64,000 bases of DNA from NCBI GenBank assembly GCA_951813075.1, contig OX638343.1, positions 1,335,999-1,399,998 of the forward strand, in the 5' to 3' direction. Numbering within the stretch: position 1 is the first letter of the stretch; every line of letters starts with the position of its first letter. Shown here piece by piece: positions 10,391 to 20,812 of the stretch. The translations under genes and the position numbers were made by a program. The notes under the pieces are model-generated. The model ran no database searches. It had not been told where the DNA came from and saw only the letters and a program-made list of their open reading frames with translations. The stretch comes from Arenicellales bacterium. Lineage in GTDB: Bacteria; Pseudomonadota; Gammaproteobacteria; Arenicellales; JAJDZL01.

Positions 10391-10857
10391 GGCGATCAAT
10401 CTGACACACTTACCACGAGCAATAATTTGATGTTCAATCTGTTGCATCAGGCTAGGGATTCGCAATATTGGTTATTCCAATGAATATGAACGCTGATACC
10501 ACTGAAACTGGTTCATTCATTTTGCGAAAATGACACCCAGATGGCAGCGATTCGCACGTACTTCGACGGTGTTCAATTCTGTTTTGTGTTGTACCCCAGT
10601 TCACCTTGTTAAGTCAAGTTCGGCGGCGCTAGCTGATGACAGGGAAAGGCGTCACCGGGTGCGAGTTTTGATTCTTATATACTTAAAGAGGGCTGTTACA
10701 CAACGCTCGAAGTTGCCGTACGATGTGATGCGGCCGGTCAGTGGCGGCGATCAATCAGCGCACTGGCTTCAGAACCTGCAGACGGCAGCAGATGCCAAGC
10801 ACGAATATACTTTGGAAAGCAATGAAAAAAGTCATCACCTCAACACAGGCGATCAAC
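10391..10857 (+). repeat. three direct copies of GGCGATCAA in an ORF-poor gap
   Basis: GGCGATCAAT at 10391-10400 and at 10746-10755, and GGCGATCAAC at 10848-10857, all in the same orientation. Each copy contains a GATC. Confidence 0.5.
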
Positions 10858-10933
10858 ACCTGCGAGAATATCAGAGGAACAATCCGAAACTGCCCGGCGA
10901 ACCCCAGAGTCAGGCGTGGATAGTTAGTAGATC

Positions 10934-11731
10934 ATGAAAGCAATCAAAATCAGCGTTTTCTTTTTCTTATTTTCTCTCAATATCCCTGTATTTTCGGGAG
11001 ATTTGACAATTTTTCATGAAAAAGCATCTGATTCAAGATTGAAGATCGTCGACCATACGATGTGGAGTCGCTTGTTATCGAGCTACATAGACGAGCGTGA
11101 AGGATTGAATTACTTTCGCTACGGTGACGTGAGTGAGGAAGATTTGGAGATTCTCGACGATTACCTGCAGATGCTAGAGTCTGTTCAGGTCACCGATCTC
11201 AATCCCGATGAACAGTTTGCATACTGGATCAATCTCTACAACGCGTTGACGATTTGGGTGATTCTTGAACACTATCCAGTCGAAAGCATCCAAGATATTT
11301 CTTATGGACTGCTGACAAGGGGTCCATGGAAAGAAAATCTGGCGACAGTTGAAGGTGTTGATCTTAGTCTTGACGACATCGAACACGAGATTCTGCGTCC
11401 GGTTTTTCAGGACAACAGAATTCACTACGTGGTCAATTGCGCGTCAATTGGTTGCCCGAACCTGCAGTCGACAGCATTTACCTCGAATAACCTTGAAGAC
11501 CTTCTTGAGCACTCGGCTGTACAGTACATCAACCATCCCAGAGGGGCAAGAATTGAAGATGGAGAATTGATTGTTTCCAGCATTTATGATTGGTATGAAG
11601 AAGACTTCGGTGACAGCGAAGAGGATGTCATTGAACATTTGCTTGACTATGCGTCAAATACACTGGAGAAACAGTTAAGCGGATTTGATGATATCGATGA
11701 CTATGAATACGACTGGGCTCTCAACGAGTGA
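10934..11731 (+). CDS. secreted DUF547 domain protein
   Basis: The signal peptide is MKAIKISVFFFLFSLNIPVFSG. The motifs WINLYNALTI...ILRP...DNRIHYVVNCASIGCPNL are the DUF547 hallmark. Confidence 0.72.
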   Translation: MKAIKISVFFFLFSLNIPVFSGDLTIFHEKASDSRLKIVDHTMWSRLLSSYIDEREGLNYFRYGDVSEEDLEILDDYLQMLESVQVTDLNPDEQFAYWINLYNALTIWVILEHYPVESIQDISYGLLTRGPWKENLATVEGVDLSLDDIEHEILRPVFQDNRIHYVVNCASIGCPNLQSTAFTSNNLEDLLEHSAVQYINHPRGARIEDGELIVSSIYDWYEEDFGDSEEDVIEHLLDYASNTLEKQLSGFDDIDDYEYDWALNE

Positions 11732-11735
11732 CGTC

Positions 11736-12416
11736 ATGATCGATCAGCGGCATATTTCGGTGATCATTCCAGCATTAAATGAACAGGCATCGATTTCAAA
11801 GGTTATCAATGAAATTCCGATCTACGTTGACCAGATCATCGTTGTTGACAACGATTCTCAAGACGCGACGAGGGAGCTTTCTGAAAAAGCAGGCGCCCGG
11901 GTTGTCAGTGAACCGAAAAGAGGATATGGAAGAGCATGCCTGACGGGGATAGAGGCAGCGGGAAATACCGATATTTTCGCCTTTATCAATGGCAGCTACA
12001 GCGATTATCCAGAAGATCTAGACAAACTGATCAGACCTGTTGTTTCGGGAAATTGCGACCTCGCAATTGGTTGCCGACAGGATGATTCATCGTTTCCTCG
12101 TGGTCGATTTACCCACCAGAAGTGGGGTACTCAACTGGCTTGTTTAACCATTAAGTTACTACACGATTACAAATTCGAAGATTTGGGTCCTATGCGGTGT
12201 ATTTCACGCCCCGCTTTGCTGGCCTTGCAGATGCAGGATGAAGATTTTGGATGGACTACAGAGATGCAACTCAAAGCGGCAATATCAGGCCAGATCATTT
12301 TGCAAGTGCCTGTACAGTATCGAAAAAGGGTGGGCAAATCAAAAATTTCCGGTACTTTGGGAGGGTCTTTAAGGGCAGGTTGCAAAATCTTCTACTGGAT
12401 ATTCAGGTTGTCGTGA
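11736..12416 (+). CDS. family-2 glycosyltransferase, polyprenyl-phosphate sugar synthase-like (ArnC/DPM1-like)
   Basis: SVIIPALNEQASI...VVDNDSQD indicates a GT-A fold. The start is set at ATG 11736, 4 nt after the DUF547 stop; the longest ORF starts at 11685. Confidence 0.78.
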   Translation: MIDQRHISVIIPALNEQASISKVINEIPIYVDQIIVVDNDSQDATRELSEKAGARVVSEPKRGYGRACLTGIEAAGNTDIFAFINGSYSDYPEDLDKLIRPVVSGNCDLAIGCRQDDSSFPRGRFTHQKWGTQLACLTIKLLHDYKFEDLGPMRCISRPALLALQMQDEDFGWTTEMQLKAAISGQIILQVPVQYRKRVGKSKISGTLGGSLRAGCKIFYWIFRLS

Positions 12417-12804
12417 ATCGTCAATCACCCTTGGTTCATTTCGTTTTCTCACCGAACGAGGTTCTGACAACACGGATGTACTCTATCTCAATTCAGCCCC
12501 GATGCGTTCGACCACAGCTTATTTGCCTTGTCCGTGATGTGCCGACAATTCGCTCGATTGTCGTTACCCGCATATTTAACAGCATTCAATTTGATTTCCA
12601 AGTTGTCACCCATTGCAGATTCTAGTTCCGATCCCATGGACAAAAGATTCTCCCGTTGTTGTTCAGCCAACTGATCTGCCCAAACCGTGCGCTTTCAATA
12701 TTCCTCTCGGTCAGGTGGAAATCGCCCCCTATCGCAGTCCACTGTCAATCCGTTTGCCATGAATGCGGACTGGTCTTTGGCTTCATTCGATTTATCCGAT
12801 CGGA

Positions 12805-14124
12805 CTATTTGGATTCCGTGATTCTAAAACGCCCAGACCGATAGTCAACGAAAACGGCGATGGCGATGCATAGGATCTGGAATATTTGTGCGTATTGTGA
12901 GACCTGATAATCGGACAAATTTGATTGAGGCAAATGCAGACCGATGACATAGGAAAGCACGATAACGACTGAGGCCGTCCAGGCCCAAATACTTGGCCAG
13001 ATTACTGCAAAGGGTAGCACCCAAACCAAATACCACGCGTTCAGCACCGGGGAGAGTATCAGCATCAAGCCGAATATCCAGTCCATACGGGGTAAGTCGG
13101 CTGAAAAATGCGATTTCTGGTATTGAACAAAGTAATAAATGTACCACAATACAAACAACAAAGCGCTCGCGTATCGAGCTATTGGATCGGTTAGCAAATA
13201 AGCCAGCAAAGAAAATAGCGGCGCATTGAACAGCCAGTTTCTCGCGAAATATTCGAGAATTGCGAGATCCGTATGCTGTTGATTGAGTATGAATGGCAGA
13301 TACATCATCAATACAGTTGCAGCAATCAGAATCCAATAGCGAAAGCGCTGTCTGAAAAGAAAAAATGGCAACGCGGCAAGCGCAAAGATTTTCGAGCAGC
13401 AGGCAACTGCGATCAATATGCAACCCAGAGCTGAGCGGCCGGTTTTCCGAGCGAGCAGTGCAGCTAGCAGTAAACTAACGCCAATGACATCAGGATGCGC
13501 GGTGAAGGCAAACTCCTTGATCACCAGCGGACACCACGCGTAAAGCAACACGATTCGGGCGGGTGCCAGTTTCCCCAGCATACATATGATGGCAAGATCA
13601 AACAGAACGACGATGAATTGCAGGAGATCAAGATTGACCGGTGAGATGATGTGAGACAGTACGAATAGGTACTGCAAGACCGGTGCGTAAATCGTCGCAA
13701 GATGGGGATTGTTGACTCCTGTCAGCAATGCATTGCATTCTGCAGTGAGATCGTTGGCTAAAAACAAAGATTCCGGAGCAATACCATAAGGCGACCCGTA
13801 AGTGACAAAAAGGCAGGCGTCGAGCAGGTATCGATAGTAGTCGTCTTCTAAAACAGGCTCTCCCCATATACCGATCAATCGGAACACAACAGCCCAGAAA
13901 AAGACCGTTTTGAAATTCAGATCAAATTGATTTGCGGTCAGCCAGTACCAGTAAAGCAGGACAACTGTCGCAGTGAAGATGAAACCGACCAGGAAGGTGA
14001 ATAGATCGAAACCTGCAGAGTCTCTGGACAAAATTCCTTGGATAGCGTAAGCAATTGCGAGTACCGCGCCGACGAATATGGATGAAACAAAATTCTTTTT
14101 CGTTGGTCCTGAATGTTTGTCCAT
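12805..14124 (-). CDS. polytopic membrane protein, GT-C-type glycosyltransferase-like
   Basis: 439 aa with at least 10 hydrophobic helices. An acidic EDDYYRY motif sits after the early helices, where GT-C enzymes carry their catalytic acidic loop. Confidence 0.55.
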   Translation of the reverse strand: MDKHSGPTKKNFVSSIFVGAVLAIAYAIQGILSRDSAGFDLFTFLVGFIFTATVVLLYWYWLTANQFDLNFKTVFFWAVVFRLIGIWGEPVLEDDYYRYLLDACLFVTYGSPYGIAPESLFLANDLTAECNALLTGVNNPHLATIYAPVLQYLFVLSHIISPVNLDLLQFIVVLFDLAIICMLGKLAPARIVLLYAWCPLVIKEFAFTAHPDVIGVSLLLAALLARKTGRSALGCILIAVACCSKIFALAALPFFLFRQRFRYWILIAATVLMMYLPFILNQQHTDLAILEYFARNWLFNAPLFSLLAYLLTDPIARYASALLFVLWYIYYFVQYQKSHFSADLPRMDWIFGLMLILSPVLNAWYLVWVLPFAVIWPSIWAWTASVVIVLSYVIGLHLPQSNLSDYQVSQYAQIFQILCIAIAVFVDYRSGRFRITESK

Positions 14125-14345
14125 GCCAATGATTGTACAGACAGGTTATGTGCATTTTCGTTCTATAAAACTTTGAATTGCATGTGATCGTATGCGGAAA
14201 TTTAGCCGATACTCTGTCTGACAAGACTGTATCGCGTGCAATTTTCAATTTGTGACGGGTACCGGTGCGACAGAATTAATATCAATTTATCGCTAAAATA
14301 AAGGTAGGGTTCAATACAAAAAGCTTTGCTATCCTGAGGTAATCC

Positions 14346-14720
14346 ATGACTTGCTCAACCAAACAGACCACTCGAACTACCGCCATTGTTGTATTTTGCA
14401 GTTTATTCGTCAGTGCAGTTGCGTTTGCTTCCGGCGATGGTGGAGGAAAAGGCCAAAGCGGTGGCAATGGCGGCAATGGTCATCAGCCGGTGCTCTTGGT
14501 TTCAAAGGGAACTTACGAATTAGGAAAGAAAGTGTTCTTGGAGCATGTGGTATGTGATAGCTGCATTTATGCTGATCTGGAACTTACTCCTGAAAGTGTA
14601 AGCGCATCCTGGAAAGCAATCAAAAAGGATTTGCGCAGATCAGGCGACATCGGATCCAATTTGGCGCGCAAGGAACGAAAATCAGTCCAGTTGTTCATGC
14701 GCAAAAGATTTAACCTGTAG
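14346..14720 (+). CDS. hypothetical secreted protein with Gly-rich linker
   Basis: A signal-like segment AIVVFCSLFVSAVAFA is followed by SGDGGGKGQSGGNGGNG and then a roughly 85-aa domain containing CDSC. I recognise no family. Confidence 0.45.
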   Translation: MTCSTKQTTRTTAIVVFCSLFVSAVAFASGDGGGKGQSGGNGGNGHQPVLLVSKGTYELGKKVFLEHVVCDSCIYADLELTPESVSASWKAIKKDLRRSGDIGSNLARKERKSVQLFMRKRFNL

Positions 14721-15027
14721 TCCGAAACTGAATTCCAATCTGAAGGGGTGAGATGGCCAGAATGTCCGCCACGTCAAAAGACTTGATTTCTTGCGGTTTC
14801 GTTGCTTGATTCCAACCACTGAAGTCTTGCCCACTGCTCCACTCCCCCGGCATGGTGCTTTTTATCTCGTGCAAAAAAAAACCTTGGGTGACGTCGTCGG
14901 CTGGCAATCCCCACCAGCTGATGCTCCTTACTTGAATCGGCGTTGCGCTCTTGCCTCTGAAATTCAGTACTGGTCAGAAAATCCGCATCATTCTTAATAA
15001 TTGACGCTCTGATTTACCTCTATCGGT

Positions 15028-15798
15028 TCACCCAAAGACCTTGGCAGTTGATATCAGAGAACAACAAACGGGACATTGTTTGTCCTTTTGTATTCTGACT
15101 TCCTGCCATTCCAACCGGCTGGCATCGTACAGAAATAATTTGCCATGCGCACTGGTGCCAACACCTGCAATAATCTTTAAAACCTCAGTCGCCTGCAACG
15201 CACCGATGGTGCCACAAACTGAACCCAGAACTCCGGTTTCGCTGCAACGCTCGACAGGTTCATCTTCAGGAGCATACAAACACCGAAAGCAAGGGCTGTC
15301 CTCAAGATCAGGTCGATAGACAGCAAACTGACCATCCATGCGAATCGCCGCCCCTGAAACCAAAGGTGTCCGGGTCGCTACGCTGGCTTCGTTCAACGCG
15401 AATCGAATATCAAAATTGTCAGTTGCGTCAACGACAACATCAGCCAAGGCCACCTGATCATACAGTGCTTTATCTGACATCTTTCGGTCAATTCCTGTAA
15501 TCTTGATTTCCGGGTTCAGCGCGGTGAGCGTTTGCGTCGCTGACTCAACTTTCGAGATGCCAACAGATTGACTTGTATGCACAATCTGCCGCTGAAGGTT
15601 TGAGAGATCGACCTGGTCGAAATCATTTAATACGAGATGACCGATTCCGCTGCCTGCGAGATACATCGTAACAGCAGATCCCAAACCGCCCAGACCGACA
15701 ACTAAAACATTGGCATCGATGATTCTCTGCTGACCCTCGATACCGAATTCGGTCATCATGATCTGACGGTTGTAGCGCAATAAAATGGAATCGTCCAT
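15028..15798 (-). CDS. moeB: molybdopterin-synthase adenylyltransferase (ThiF/MoeB family)
   Basis: [17 protein letters not shown], a GLGGLGS nucleotide loop, and two Cys pairs (CFRC, CPVC). Confidence 0.85.
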   Translation of the reverse strand: MDDSILLRYNRQIMMTEFGIEGQQRIIDANVLVVGLGGLGSAVTMYLAGSGIGHLVLNDFDQVDLSNLQRQIVHTSQSVGISKVESATQTLTALNPEIKITGIDRKMSDKALYDQVALADVVVDATDNFDIRFALNEASVATRTPLVSGAAIRMDGQFAVYRPDLEDSPCFRCLYAPEDEPVERCSETGVLGSVCGTIGALQATEVLKIIAGVGTSAHGKLFLYDASRLEWQEVRIQKDKQCPVCCSLISTAKVFG

Positions 15799-15859
15799 CG
15801 TATCAGTTTATTATGTAATTAATAATCGATCACTCCCGAGATACTGCATTCTGACAACG

Positions 15860-16342
15860 ATGTCAAAGCTGACACATTTCAACGAACAAGGGGATGCGCA
15901 TATGGTTGATGTGGGCGAAAAGCAACCCACACCCCGTCGAGCTGTCGCAGAAGGGCAAATCCGCATGTCATTATCCACTCTTGAACAAATCATGTCCAGT
16001 TCCAACAAAAAGGGCGACGTGCTAGGGGTAGCTCGTCTGGCGGGTATCATGGCGACAAAAAGGACATCGGAACTTGTGCCGCTGTGTCATCCGCTATCCC
16101 TGACCCATGTCACTGTCGATCTCGAATGCAATACTGAAACCTCCAGCGTCCACTGCCGAGCAACCACCGAAACCCACGATCGGACCGGGGTGGAAATGGA
16201 GGCGATGACGGCTGTTCAGGTGGCACTGCTGACCGTGTACGACATGTGTAAAGCAACCGATCGCGGAATGGTTATCGAGTCTGTTCAACTGGTCGAAAAA
16301 TCCGGCGGGCGTTCGGGACATTGGAAACGCAAAGATGACTGA
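15860..16342 (+). CDS. moaC: cyclic pyranopterin monophosphate synthase accessory protein
   Basis: [21 protein letters not shown]...LCHPL... The start is moved to the internal ATG because the longest ORF would overlap moeB. Confidence 0.9.
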   Translation: MSKLTHFNEQGDAHMVDVGEKQPTPRRAVAEGQIRMSLSTLEQIMSSSNKKGDVLGVARLAGIMATKRTSELVPLCHPLSLTHVTVDLECNTETSSVHCRATTETHDRTGVEMEAMTAVQVALLTVYDMCKATDRGMVIESVQLVEKSGGRSGHWKRKDD

Positions 16343-17600
16343 ATCTCATTTGAATGACAGCTGCATGGCGGATTTTGATGTTGCTTCAACGCCTTATGAG
16401 GAAGCACTGTCATCAATACTTCACAGAATCACACCAGTCGCTGAAACAGAACGATTGGCGATTCGGGATGCTATTCACCGTGTCGTCGCCGAAGACATCT
16501 ACGCAGATCAGAACGTACCGACCGACCGGAACTCGGCGATGGACGGTTACGCCTGTAGATATTCCGACCTGGCAGAAAAGAACGCCGAATCCAGATTGCG
16601 CCTGGTCGGGACGTCGGCCGCCGGCAGTCCGTTCACAGGCGAAATCGATAAAGGTTGTTGCATCCGAATATTTACTGGTGGTGTCGTGCCGGATGGACTG
16701 GACACGGTTGTGATGCAGGAAGACTGCAGTATCAGTGAAGATGTGGTGACAACAACCAATAGCCATCGGCTGGGGCAGCATATCCGGCAATCCGGTGAGG
16801 ATATCACCGCAGGTGAAATCGCATTGAGTAAAGGGCGGACAATCGGGACAGCTGAACTGGGGTTACTTGCATCGGTCGGTCGCGCAGAGGTATTGGTGCA
16901 CCGAAAACCCAGGGTCGCATTTTTCTCCACCGGTGATGAGTTACGCGCGGTCGGCGAGAAATTGAATCCGGGTGATGTCTACGACAGTAATCGCTACACA
17001 CTGTATGGAATGCTTCAAAGTGCCGGGGTTGAACCGGTTGATCTTGGTGTCGTTCGCGACGACCTGGAGCAGACAATCGCCGCATTGAGAGTGGGCGCAT
17101 CAAAGGCAGATGTGGTTGTCACATCAGCCGGTGCATCGGTGGGTGACGCTGATTTCGTCAAACAGGCACTCGAGAAACTGGGAGAACTTACGCTTTGGAA
17201 AGTCGCCATGAAACCAGGACGACCTTTGGCGTTTGGCAAGATTGACCAAACCTGGTTCTTTGGTCTACCCGGAAATCCAGTTTCGGTCATGGTCACATTC
17301 GACAAGTTCGTTCGGCCCGCTCTGAATCGACTCAAGGGCGAAAAACCATCGATCCCGATTCGATTGAATGCCAGAATTGCCAAACCAATCCGCAAACGAC
17401 CCGGTAGACTCGAATTTCAACGAGGAATCCTCAGTTTTGATTCAAGTGGAGAACCAGTGGTAGAGTCTACCGGCAATCAAAGCTCTGGTGTTCTGACTTC
17501 CATGAGCCGCGCCAACTGCTACATCGTTCTGCCTTTGGCGTCGGGCGACTTGGACGCCGGGACAACGGTTACCGTGGAACCGTTCGAGGCGCTTTTATGA
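16335..17600 (+). CDS. moeA: molybdopterin molybdenumtransferase
   Basis: 421 aa with MoeA domain order (...SAMDGYA..., ...GLPGNPVS...). It overlaps the moaC stop by 8 nt. Confidence 0.9.
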   Translation: MTESHLNDSCMADFDVASTPYEEALSSILHRITPVAETERLAIRDAIHRVVAEDIYADQNVPTDRNSAMDGYACRYSDLAEKNAESRLRLVGTSAAGSPFTGEIDKGCCIRIFTGGVVPDGLDTVVMQEDCSISEDVVTTTNSHRLGQHIRQSGEDITAGEIALSKGRTIGTAELGLLASVGRAEVLVHRKPRVAFFSTGDELRAVGEKLNPGDVYDSNRYTLYGMLQSAGVEPVDLGVVRDDLEQTIAALRVGASKADVVVTSAGASVGDADFVKQALEKLGELTLWKVAMKPGRPLAFGKIDQTWFFGLPGNPVSVMVTFDKFVRPALNRLKGEKPSIPIRLNARIAKPIRKRPGRLEFQRGILSFDSSGEPVVESTGNQSSGVLTSMSRANCYIVLPLASGDLDAGTTVTVEPFEALL

Positions 17601-17616
17601 CATGGTTCGATGACTC

Positions 17617-18189
17617 ATGTCTGATATTGCCAAATGGGACCAGAAGTATCTGCGACGAGAGCACGGGAACGAATTGACGCCGGACCCGTTGCTCGTCGAG
17701 TACAGCAATCTATTCGACGCGACGCACACTGTCATCGACCTTGCGTGCGGAACCGGGCGCAACGCAATCTATCTAGCCAAACTCGGTTGCTTTACAGTGG
17801 CATTGGACTGCAGTCGGGAAGCGCTTCGTCTCTGTCAAAAATTCGCACAGGAATCTGATGTCCAGATACATGCCGTTGCAGCCGACTTGAATGAAACTCG
17901 CTTGCCAGCTGAATCAACCGATGCAATCGTATGTTTCAATTACCTCAACTTTGAACTGGCTGACGATCTTCAGGCGGCACTTAAGCCAGGTGGCGTATTG
18001 ATGATGAAAACATTCAATCAGAATTTTCTCAACGTCAACCCACGCTTCAACCCTGACTACGTACTCAAGCCGAGCGACTTGAAGAACATGTTCGACAAAT
18101 TAAAGATTGTTGCGCTCGATGATGAATGCGTTCCAGCTTCCAATACCAAGAGTTTCATTATCGCCCGCAAACCGGCTAGATCCTCTTAG
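17617..18189 (+). CDS. class I SAM-dependent methyltransferase
   Basis: 190 aa with SAM-binding motif I, VIDLACGTGRNAIYLAKLG. Confidence 0.72.
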   Translation: MSDIAKWDQKYLRREHGNELTPDPLLVEYSNLFDATHTVIDLACGTGRNAIYLAKLGCFTVALDCSREALRLCQKFAQESDVQIHAVAADLNETRLPAESTDAIVCFNYLNFELADDLQAALKPGGVLMMKTFNQNFLNVNPRFNPDYVLKPSDLKNMFDKLKIVALDDECVPASNTKSFIIARKPARSS

Positions 18190-18356
18190 TTCCAGCAAAC
18201 ATCGCCAATCGCTGTAATTGATGTTGTTGGCTTACCCAAAATGTTCACGCACTTGATAGCGAAAGTCCAATATCTGTGAATCTAGCGCCAGTCTAAAAAA
18301 ATTTTGAATTCCAAAAAAAGTCGCTACAATGTAAGTTTTAGTAGTCGATTCAAATT

Positions 18357-19592
18357 GTGAACTCAAAACACATCAGGCTCACATCACACCCTGAGAATCG
18401 CAACGACGTAGCTTTCCTCCACTGGGGTGCCGCATCTCCTCTTGAACGAGGACCAGTCGTTGGTACCCTCACGCCACAAAGAAACGCGATCGGGGCACAC
18501 TCCGGTTCCTATTCTGTATACCGAGCTCTGGCTATTGCTGCGGGAACACTTGATCCTGTTCATGTCCCAGATTTAACCGATACTGCGCCTACCGAGATAA
18601 TCGGACCTAATGTTCAGTGGGCGTCTGCGGAAAAAATTGTTTCGCTTGATCCTTACGGCCATTTGGTCAGCGAAGTGTGGACAGAGAGATTAAGTGAAGG
18701 CTGGGATATCAGACCAACAATTGCAGTTACAAAGGCACGACTGAATATGCCGGAGTTTAGCGGTGCGATTAATACTGGCAGAATGAAAATTGATGGAACC
18801 GTTCTGACCGAAAATGAAGAAGTCCGCGTTACCAAAGTCGCAATCGAGCCCGTCTGGTACCTTCCGGGTATCGCACAAAGGTTTCTGGTAAGCGAAAGCG
18901 AACTGAGACGTTCGCTCTTCGAACATTCAGGCGGAATGTTCACTGAGCTTGTTACACGCAACGACTTGAAGATTTTTCTGCCTCCGATTGGCGGTATTAC
19001 CGTTTATATCTTTGGCGATCTCTCCGCTATTGACAACCCTGACCGCGAAGTGGCTTGTCGCGTGCATGACGAGTGCAATGGATCAGATGTGTTTGGTTCC
19101 GATATATGTACTTGCAGACCTTATTTGGCACACGGCGTAGAGGTATGTGTAGAAACTGCTCAAAAAGGCGGTTGCGGAATTGTTGTCTACAACCGCAAAG
19201 AGGGACGTGCTCTGGGCGAAGTCACCAAGTTCTTAGTTTACAACGCACGCAAAAGACAGCCTGGTGGTGACCGAGCAGAGACATATTTCGAACGCACTGA
19301 ATGCATAGCGGGCGTTCAGGACATGCGTTTTCAAGATCTCATGCCTGATGTATTACATTGGCTCGGAATTGAGCGAATCGATCGGTTTGTTTCGATGAGT
19401 AACATGAAGTACGACGCCATCGTGGGTCAAGGAATTAACATCAGTCAACGTGTCGCGATTCCCGATGAACTGGTACCGGAAGACGCGAGTGTAGAAATCG
19501 ACGCAAAAAAAGCGGCTGGTTACTTCACTAATCAGCCAGTTACTGAAGAAGAGCTCATTGCACCAAAAGGACGAGAATTGCATGACTATTAA
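18357..19592 (+). CDS. GTP cyclohydrolase II-like protein with long N-terminal extension (yeast URC1-like)
   Basis: The C-terminal roughly 180 aa carry RibA hallmarks: CRVHDECNGSDVFGSDICTCRPYL (Cys cluster), VVYNRKEGRALG, and DMRFQDLMPDVLHWLGI. About 230 extra N-terminal residues are present, as in URC1. GTG start, uncertain. Confidence 0.72.
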   Translation: MNSKHIRLTSHPENRNDVAFLHWGAASPLERGPVVGTLTPQRNAIGAHSGSYSVYRALAIAAGTLDPVHVPDLTDTAPTEIIGPNVQWASAEKIVSLDPYGHLVSEVWTERLSEGWDIRPTIAVTKARLNMPEFSGAINTGRMKIDGTVLTENEEVRVTKVAIEPVWYLPGIAQRFLVSESELRRSLFEHSGGMFTELVTRNDLKIFLPPIGGITVYIFGDLSAIDNPDREVACRVHDECNGSDVFGSDICTCRPYLAHGVEVCVETAQKGGCGIVVYNRKEGRALGEVTKFLVYNARKRQPGGDRAETYFERTECIAGVQDMRFQDLMPDVLHWLGIERIDRFVSMSNMKYDAIVGQGINISQRVAIPDELVPEDASVEIDAKKAAGYFTNQPVTEEELIAPKGRELHDY

Positions 19593-20805
19593 TTCTGACT
19601 CTCAAGCGGTTGCATCCATACTTCGTAATCCGCAAGAGATTCGTAACCGTTGCAATGAAATTCTTGCGATGGGAGAACGCGGAGCGCTTCCACATTTTTA
19701 CGTTCACACAGATAAGCTGGATGACGTCGCCGGTATAGTTGCGGACGTGACCAGGCAACGATATCCCGGATGTGATATCCCGATTCACAGCCGCTGGCGT
19801 CACTTCGAAGTCGGCGGTATCGATCGTTGGAAGCAACTGGCGTCCGAGATTCCCACCGAAGAACGAGCTCGCGTCGCGTTAGATCTAGTCATACCAAGCG
19901 TGCTTCTCGACGCCGGAGCAGGAGATACTTGGTGTTACCATGACTCGGAAACTGACCTCGTGTTTTGTCGTTCAGAAGGAATCGCTGTTGCAAGCTTCCA
20001 CGCATTTGCAAGTGGTGGTTTTTCATCCGACTCTGATCAGCCTCTTCGTACTGATGCGGACGGCTTGCTCAACTTTGACATAATTCAACTGGCTAAACAT
20101 TTTCAAGTTGACGACACCAACACGATCGAAGGAATTGAAGGCCGAACACAACTACTTCATTCCCTCGGCCAATTGCTCAAAGCCAGAAAGGATATTTTCG
20201 GGGACCCTCCTCGACTTGGTTGCATGTACGATTATTTTCTAAACCGCGATAGCGCTCCTGTTGCAGCAGATGTTCTGTATGTGATATTGGATACCATTGC
20301 ACCGATCTGGCCAGGGCGTATCCAGTTGAGCAGCACCAATCTAGGTGATGTCTGGAGACACAGTGCAGTTCGCCGGGAAGATGAAACCGATCGACTTGTT
20401 CCATTTCACAAGCTCTCACAGTGGCTCACCTATTCGCTCCTCGAACCGTTTGCAGATGGCGGCATCCACGTACAAGAATTGGACGCTCTAACCGGACTTG
20501 CCGAATACCGTAACGGCGGACTTTTTATTGACGGAGATGTACTTGTACCACGCGATCCACAAGTCCTCGATATCGAACATCCCCCGGAATCTGAAATCAT
20601 TGTTGAATGGCGCGCACTAACGGTTGCTCTATTAGACAGATTGGTTCCACTTGTCTGCGATAAGTTGGCACTGAAAAAAACAACCCTATCGCTCGCGGCG
20701 ATGCTGGAAGGAGGAACATGGGCTGCTGGACGAAGACTTGCTAAAAGTTTTCGCAGTGGTGGGGGACCTCCATTGCGTCTGGTTTCGGACGGAACTGTGT
20801 TTTGA
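19582..20805 (+). CDS. DUF1688 family protein (yeast URC4-like)
   Basis: LRNPQEIRNRC...VTRQRYPGCDIPIHSRWRHFEVGGIDRW matches my recollection of the DUF1688 N-terminal signature. ATG 19582 overlaps the upstream stop by 11 nt. Confidence 0.68.
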   Translation: MTINSDSQAVASILRNPQEIRNRCNEILAMGERGALPHFYVHTDKLDDVAGIVADVTRQRYPGCDIPIHSRWRHFEVGGIDRWKQLASEIPTEERARVALDLVIPSVLLDAGAGDTWCYHDSETDLVFCRSEGIAVASFHAFASGGFSSDSDQPLRTDADGLLNFDIIQLAKHFQVDDTNTIEGIEGRTQLLHSLGQLLKARKDIFGDPPRLGCMYDYFLNRDSAPVAADVLYVILDTIAPIWPGRIQLSSTNLGDVWRHSAVRREDETDRLVPFHKLSQWLTYSLLEPFADGGIHVQELDALTGLAEYRNGGLFIDGDVLVPRDPQVLDIEHPPESEIIVEWRALTVALLDRLVPLVCDKLALKKTTLSLAAMLEGGTWAAGRRLAKSFRSGGGPPLRLVSDGTVF

Positions 20806-20812
20806 TTGTTGA

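Noticed and set aside
10640-10760. AGGGAA...GCCACTG-like strings reminiscent of a cobalamin riboswitch B12 box.
   Set aside because: The two elements sit on opposite strands, and the intervening conserved GGTG..AA.CC and CTGT pairing elements are absent. The neighbouring genes are also not B12-related.
10755-10835. 26-codon hydrophobic reverse-strand ORF, considered as a type I toxin-like peptide.
   Set aside because: The GAGG lies directly against the ATG with no spacer, I could see no flanking antisense-RNA structure, and the ORF is too short to evaluate without conservation data.
10530-10937. 135-aa plus-strand ORF and the nested 60-aa ORF (10741-10923) in the long gap.
   Set aside because: The composition is Arg/Gln/Ser-rich, with no SD and no motif. 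I treat the region as non-coding and describe it as a finding instead.
12488-12670. 60-aa minus-strand ORF downstream of the GT-C gene.
   Set aside because: It has a TTG start and no motif. It could be a real small acidic protein, but I have no supporting evidence.
14710-14907. 65-aa minus-strand ORF between the secreted protein gene and moeB.
   Set aside because: I see no motif, no SD and no homology. It may be a gene relic, but it is not interpretable.
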